DNA of 20,376 bases from a virus (taxonomy: Duplodnaviria; Heunggongvirae; Uroviricota; Caudoviricetes), in IMG/VR virus record IMGVR_UViG_2877973648_000005, positions 1 through 20,376 of that record. One strand, written 5' to 3'. Positions 17,472 through 20,376 of the stretch are shown here, piece by piece; the stretch's first letter is position 1, and every line of letters starts with the position of its first letter. A model generated the notes under the pieces. That model worked only from the letters and a program-made list of their open reading frames with translations. It did not search any database and was not told where the DNA came from. The translations under genes and the position numbers were made by a program.

Positions 17472-17511
17472 ATGGAGATGATAAATGCACTTCCGAGTCA
17501 CAGGTGAATAG

Positions 17512-17652
17512 AATGGAGAACCATTCAACAGAGTTATCGAAGCCGAGAACATCAGCGACTGCTATGACCACTGGATGCTGTGGGCGCAGATAGCACATGC
17601 AGACGTAACCAATATTCGAATTGAAGAACTGAAAGAACACCAAGCCGCCTGA
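17512..17652 (+). pseudogene. Start-less 3' remnant of an Ea8.5-like gene
   Basis: 46 sense codons (...ISDCYDHWMLWAQIAHADVTNIRIEELKEHQAA*) bounded upstream by TAG with no initiation codon; lies where lambda ea8.5 sits relative to xis. The Ea8.5 assignment is from position and memory only. Confidence 0.4.
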
Positions 17653-17665
17653 TGGCGGTTTTTTC
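17644..17665 (+). terminator. Rho-independent terminator upstream of xis
   Basis: CCGCC-TGAT-GGCGG hairpin followed by TTTTTT. Confidence 0.5.
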
Positions 17666-17691
17666 TTGCGTGTAATTGCGGAGACTTTGCG

Positions 17692-17910
17692 ATGTACTTG
17701 ACACTTCAAGAGTGGAACGCTCGCCAGCGACGCCCAAGAAGCCTTGAAACAGTTCGTCGATGGGTGCGCGAATGCAGGATATTCCCTCCTCCGGTTAAGG
17801 ATGGAAGAGAATATCTGTTCCACGAATCAGCGGTAAAGGTTGACTTAAATCGACCAGTAACAGGTAGCCTTTTGAAGAGGATCAGAAATGGGAAGAAGGC
17901 GAAGTCATGA
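17692..17910 (+). CDS. xis: Xis excisionase
   Basis: MYLTLQEWNARQRRPRSLETVRRWVRECRIFPPPVKDGREYLFHESAVK... matches lambda Xis; overlaps the int start. Confidence 0.95.
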   Translation: MYLTLQEWNARQRRPRSLETVRRWVRECRIFPPPVKDGREYLFHESAVKVDLNRPVTGSLLKRIRNGKKAKS

Positions 17911-18958
17911 GCGCCGGGATTTACCCCCTAACCTTTATATAAGAAACAATGGATATTACTGCTACAGGGACCCAAGGACGGGTAAAGAGTTTGGATTAGG
18001 CCGAGACAGGCGAATCGCAATCACTGAAGCTATACAGGCCAACATTGAGTTATTTTCAGGACACAAACACAAGCCTCTGACAGCGAGAATCAACAGTGAT
18101 AATTCCGTTACGTTACATTCATGGCTTGATCGCTACGAAAAAATCCTGGCCAGCAGAGGAATCAAGCAGAAGACACTCATAAATTACATGAGCAAAATTA
18201 AAGCAATAAGGAGGGGTCTGCCTGATGCTCCACTTGAAGACATCACCACAAAAGAAATTGCGGCAATGCTCAATGGATACATAGACGAGGGCAAGGCGGC
18301 GTCAGCCAAGTTAATCAGATCAACACTGAGCGATGCATTCCGAGAGGCAATAGCTGAAGGCCATATAACAACAAACCCTGTCGCTGCCACTCGCGCAGCA
18401 AAATCAGAGGTAAGGAGATCAAGACTTACGGCTGACGAATACCTGAAAATTTATCAAGCAGCAGAATCATCACCATGTTGGCTCAGACTTGCAATGGAAC
18501 TGGCTGTTGTTACCGGGCAACGAGTTGGTGATTTATGCGAAATGAAGTGGTCTGATATCGTAGATGGATATCTTTATGTCGAGCAAAGCAAAACAGGCGT
18601 AAAAATTGCCATCCCAACAGCATTGCATGTTGATGCTCTCGGAATATCAATGAAGGAAACACTTGATAAATGCAAAGAGATTCTTGGCGGAGAAACCATA
18701 ATTGCATCTACTCGTCGCGAACCGCTTTCATCCGGCACAGTATCAAGGTATTTTATGCGCGCACGAAAAGCATCAGGTCTTTCCTTCGAAGGGGATCCGC
18801 CTACCTTTCACGAGTTGCGCAGTTTGTCTGCAAGACTCTATGAGAAGCAGATAAGCGATAAGTTTGCTCAACATCTTCTCGGGCATAAGTCGGACACCAT
18901 GGCATCACAGTATCGTGATGACAGAGGCAGGGAGTGGGACAAAATTGAAATCAAATAA
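17888..18958 (+). CDS. int: Int, lambda-type tyrosine integrase (356 aa)
   Basis: Translation essentially identical to lambda Int (MGRRRSHERRDLPPNLYIRNNGYYCYRDPRTGKEFGLGRDRR...). Intact, so this is not a DE3-type int disruption. Confidence 0.97.
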   Translation: MGRRRSHERRDLPPNLYIRNNGYYCYRDPRTGKEFGLGRDRRIAITEAIQANIELFSGHKHKPLTARINSDNSVTLHSWLDRYEKILASRGIKQKTLINYMSKIKAIRRGLPDAPLEDITTKEIAAMLNGYIDEGKAASAKLIRSTLSDAFREAIAEGHITTNPVAATRAAKSEVRRSRLTADEYLKIYQAAESSPCWLRLAMELAVVTGQRVGDLCEMKWSDIVDGYLYVEQSKTGVKIAIPTALHVDALGISMKETLDKCKEILGGETIIASTRREPLSSGTVSRYFMRARKASGLSFEGDPPTFHELRSLSARLYEKQISDKFAQHLLGHKSDTMASQYRDDRGREWDKIEIK

Positions 18959-19046
18959 TGATTTTATTTTGACTGATAGTGACCTGTTCGTTGCAACAAA
19001 TTGATAAGCAATGCTTTTTTATAATGCCAACTTAGTATAAAAAAGC
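18959..19046. other. attL: lambda P' arm (18959-19031) plus 15-bp core (19032-19046) joined to bacterial B sequence
   Basis: Reverse complement reads ...TGAAGCCTGCTTTTTTATACTAAGTTGGCATTATAAAAAAGCATTGCTTATCAATTTGTTGCAACGAACAGGTCACTATCAGTCAAAATAAAATCATTATT, the canonical lambda core plus P' arm. Confidence 0.88.
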
Positions 19047-19092
19047 AGGCTTCAACGGATTCATTTTTCTATTTCATAGCCCGGAGCAACCT

Positions 19093-20376
19093 GTGAACAC
19101 ATTTTCAGTTTCCCGTCTGGCGCTGGCATTGGCTTTTGGCGTGACGCTGACCGCCTGTAGCTCAACCCCGCCCGATCAACGTCCTTCTGATCAAACCGCG
19201 CCTGGTACCTCTTCTCGCCCGATTCTGTCGGCAAAAGAAGCGCAGAATTTCGATGCTCAACACTATTTTGCATCCCTGACACCAGGTGCTGCAGCGTGGA
19301 ATCCTTCCCCGATTACCCTGCCTGCGCAACCTGAATTTGTTGTCGGCCCGGCGGGCACTCAAGGTGTAACGCATACCACGATTCAGGCGGCGGTAGATGC
19401 GGCAATTATCAAGCGTACCAACAAGCGCCAGTATATTGCCGTGATGCCTGGTGAGTATCAGGGAACGGTATATGTCCCTGCCGCTCCGGGTGGAATTACT
19501 CTGTACGGTACAGGTGAAAAACCGATTGATGTGAAGATTGGGCTTTCCCTTGATGGTGGCATGAGCCCTACCGACTGGCGTCACGACGTCAACCCGCGCG
19601 GCAAATATATGCCAGGTAAACCAGCGTGGTATATGTACGATAGCTGCCAGAGCAAACGCAGCGACAGTATCGGTGTTCTCTGCTCTGCGGTCTTCTGGTC
19701 ACAAAACAATGGCCTGCAACTGCAAAATCTGACCATCGAAAACACGCTGGGCGATAGCGTAGATGCAGGTAACCATCCGGCGGTGGCACTGCGTACTGAT
19801 GGTGACCAGGTACAGATTAACAACGTTAACATTCTCGGTCGTCAGAACACCTTCTTTGTCACCAACAGCGGTGTGCAGAACCGTCTGGAAACCAACCGTC
19901 AGCCGCGTACGCTGGTGACCAACAGCTATATTGAAGGGGATGTGGATATCGTTTCTGGTCGCGGCGCAGTGGTGTTCGATAACACCGAATTCCGCGTGGT
20001 GAACTCACGTACTCAGCAAGAAGCGTATGTGTTTGCACCGGCTACGCTGTCCAACATCTATTACGGTTTCCTCGCCGTAAACAGCCGTTTCAATGCTTCC
20101 GGTGATGGCGTGGCACAACTGGGCCGCTCGCTGGATGTTGATGCCAATACCAACGGTCAGGTGGTGATCCGTGATAGCGCCATCAACGAAGGTTTTAACA
20201 CGGTTAAACCGTGGGGCGATGCGGTGATTTCCAATCGTCCATTTGCGGGTAATACCGGCAGCGTTGACGATAGCGACGAAATACAGCGCAATCTGAATGA
20301 CACTAACTACAACCGCATGTGGGAATACAATAATCGCGGCGTGGGTAGCAAAGTGGTTGCAGAGGCGAAGAAGTAA
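19093..20376 (+). CDS. ybhC: YbhC outer-membrane lipoprotein (pectinesterase-fold acyl-CoA thioesterase homologue)
   Basis: 427-aa ORF with lipobox LTAC; translation matches E. coli YbhC, the gal-side neighbour of attB(lambda). Confidence 0.88.
   Translation: MNTFSVSRLALALAFGVTLTACSSTPPDQRPSDQTAPGTSSRPILSAKEAQNFDAQHYFASLTPGAAAWNPSPITLPAQPEFVVGPAGTQGVTHTTIQAAVDAAIIKRTNKRQYIAVMPGEYQGTVYVPAAPGGITLYGTGEKPIDVKIGLSLDGGMSPTDWRHDVNPRGKYMPGKPAWYMYDSCQSKRSDSIGVLCSAVFWSQNNGLQLQNLTIENTLGDSVDAGNHPAVALRTDGDQVQINNVNILGRQNTFFVTNSGVQNRLETNRQPRTLVTNSYIEGDVDIVSGRGAVVFDNTEFRVVNSRTQQEAYVFAPATLSNIYYGFLAVNSRFNASGDGVAQLGRSLDVDANTNGQVVIRDSAINEGFNTVKPWGDAVISNRPFAGNTGSVDDSDEIQRNLNDTNYNRMWEYNNRGVGSKVVAEAKK

Noticed and set aside
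17470-17823. Minus-strand 117-aa ORF across the xis upstream region
   Set aside because: It overlaps xis and the Ea8.5-like remnant antisense, and spans two plus-strand terminators.
17888-18958. DE3-type prophage (T7 RNA polymerase cassette in int)
   Set aside because: int is intact and lambda-identical over its full length, and no T7 gene 1 or lacI sequence is present in the window.
19061-19832. Minus-strand ORFs 19061-19282, 19162-19584, 19581-19832 and 19589-19789
   Set aside because: Antisense to ybhC; Arg-rich, low-complexity translations.

Overview
This window is the E. coli attB(lambda) locus (ybhB at the left edge, ybhC at the right edge) occupied by a defective lambdoid prophage in inverted orientation relative to the standard lambda map. 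Reading right to left from ybhC: attL, int, xis, an Ea8.5-like remnant, an AT-rich cargo island, truncated ea22, lambda orf73/61/63/60a, exo-bet-gam (Red), a hypothetical early gene, OL/pL, a LexA-type cI, OR, a YdaS-like cro, a YdaT-like protein in the cII position, O with ori iterons, P, truncated ren, a secreted-protein moron, an ORF-free 0.6 kb segment, a DLP12-type nin region (ybcN, ninE, ybcO, rusA, ylcG, Q/quuD-like) and a tR'-like terminator. The lysis and morphogenesis modules are absent. In their place sit two inverted IS1 copies bracketing a translocated corA segment, plus a truncated lipocalin (Blc-like) fragment; a short b-region remnant and attR follow before ybhB. The most interesting candidate for an undescribed system is the ~2 kb cargo island between ea22' and the Ea8.5-like remnant (15450-17475), which holds a Cys-rich secreted protein, a zinc-ribbon ORF with an in-frame TGA, and a 142-aa cytoplasmic protein. 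All identifications rest on reading the translations and motifs against remembered protein sequences; no database search was run.
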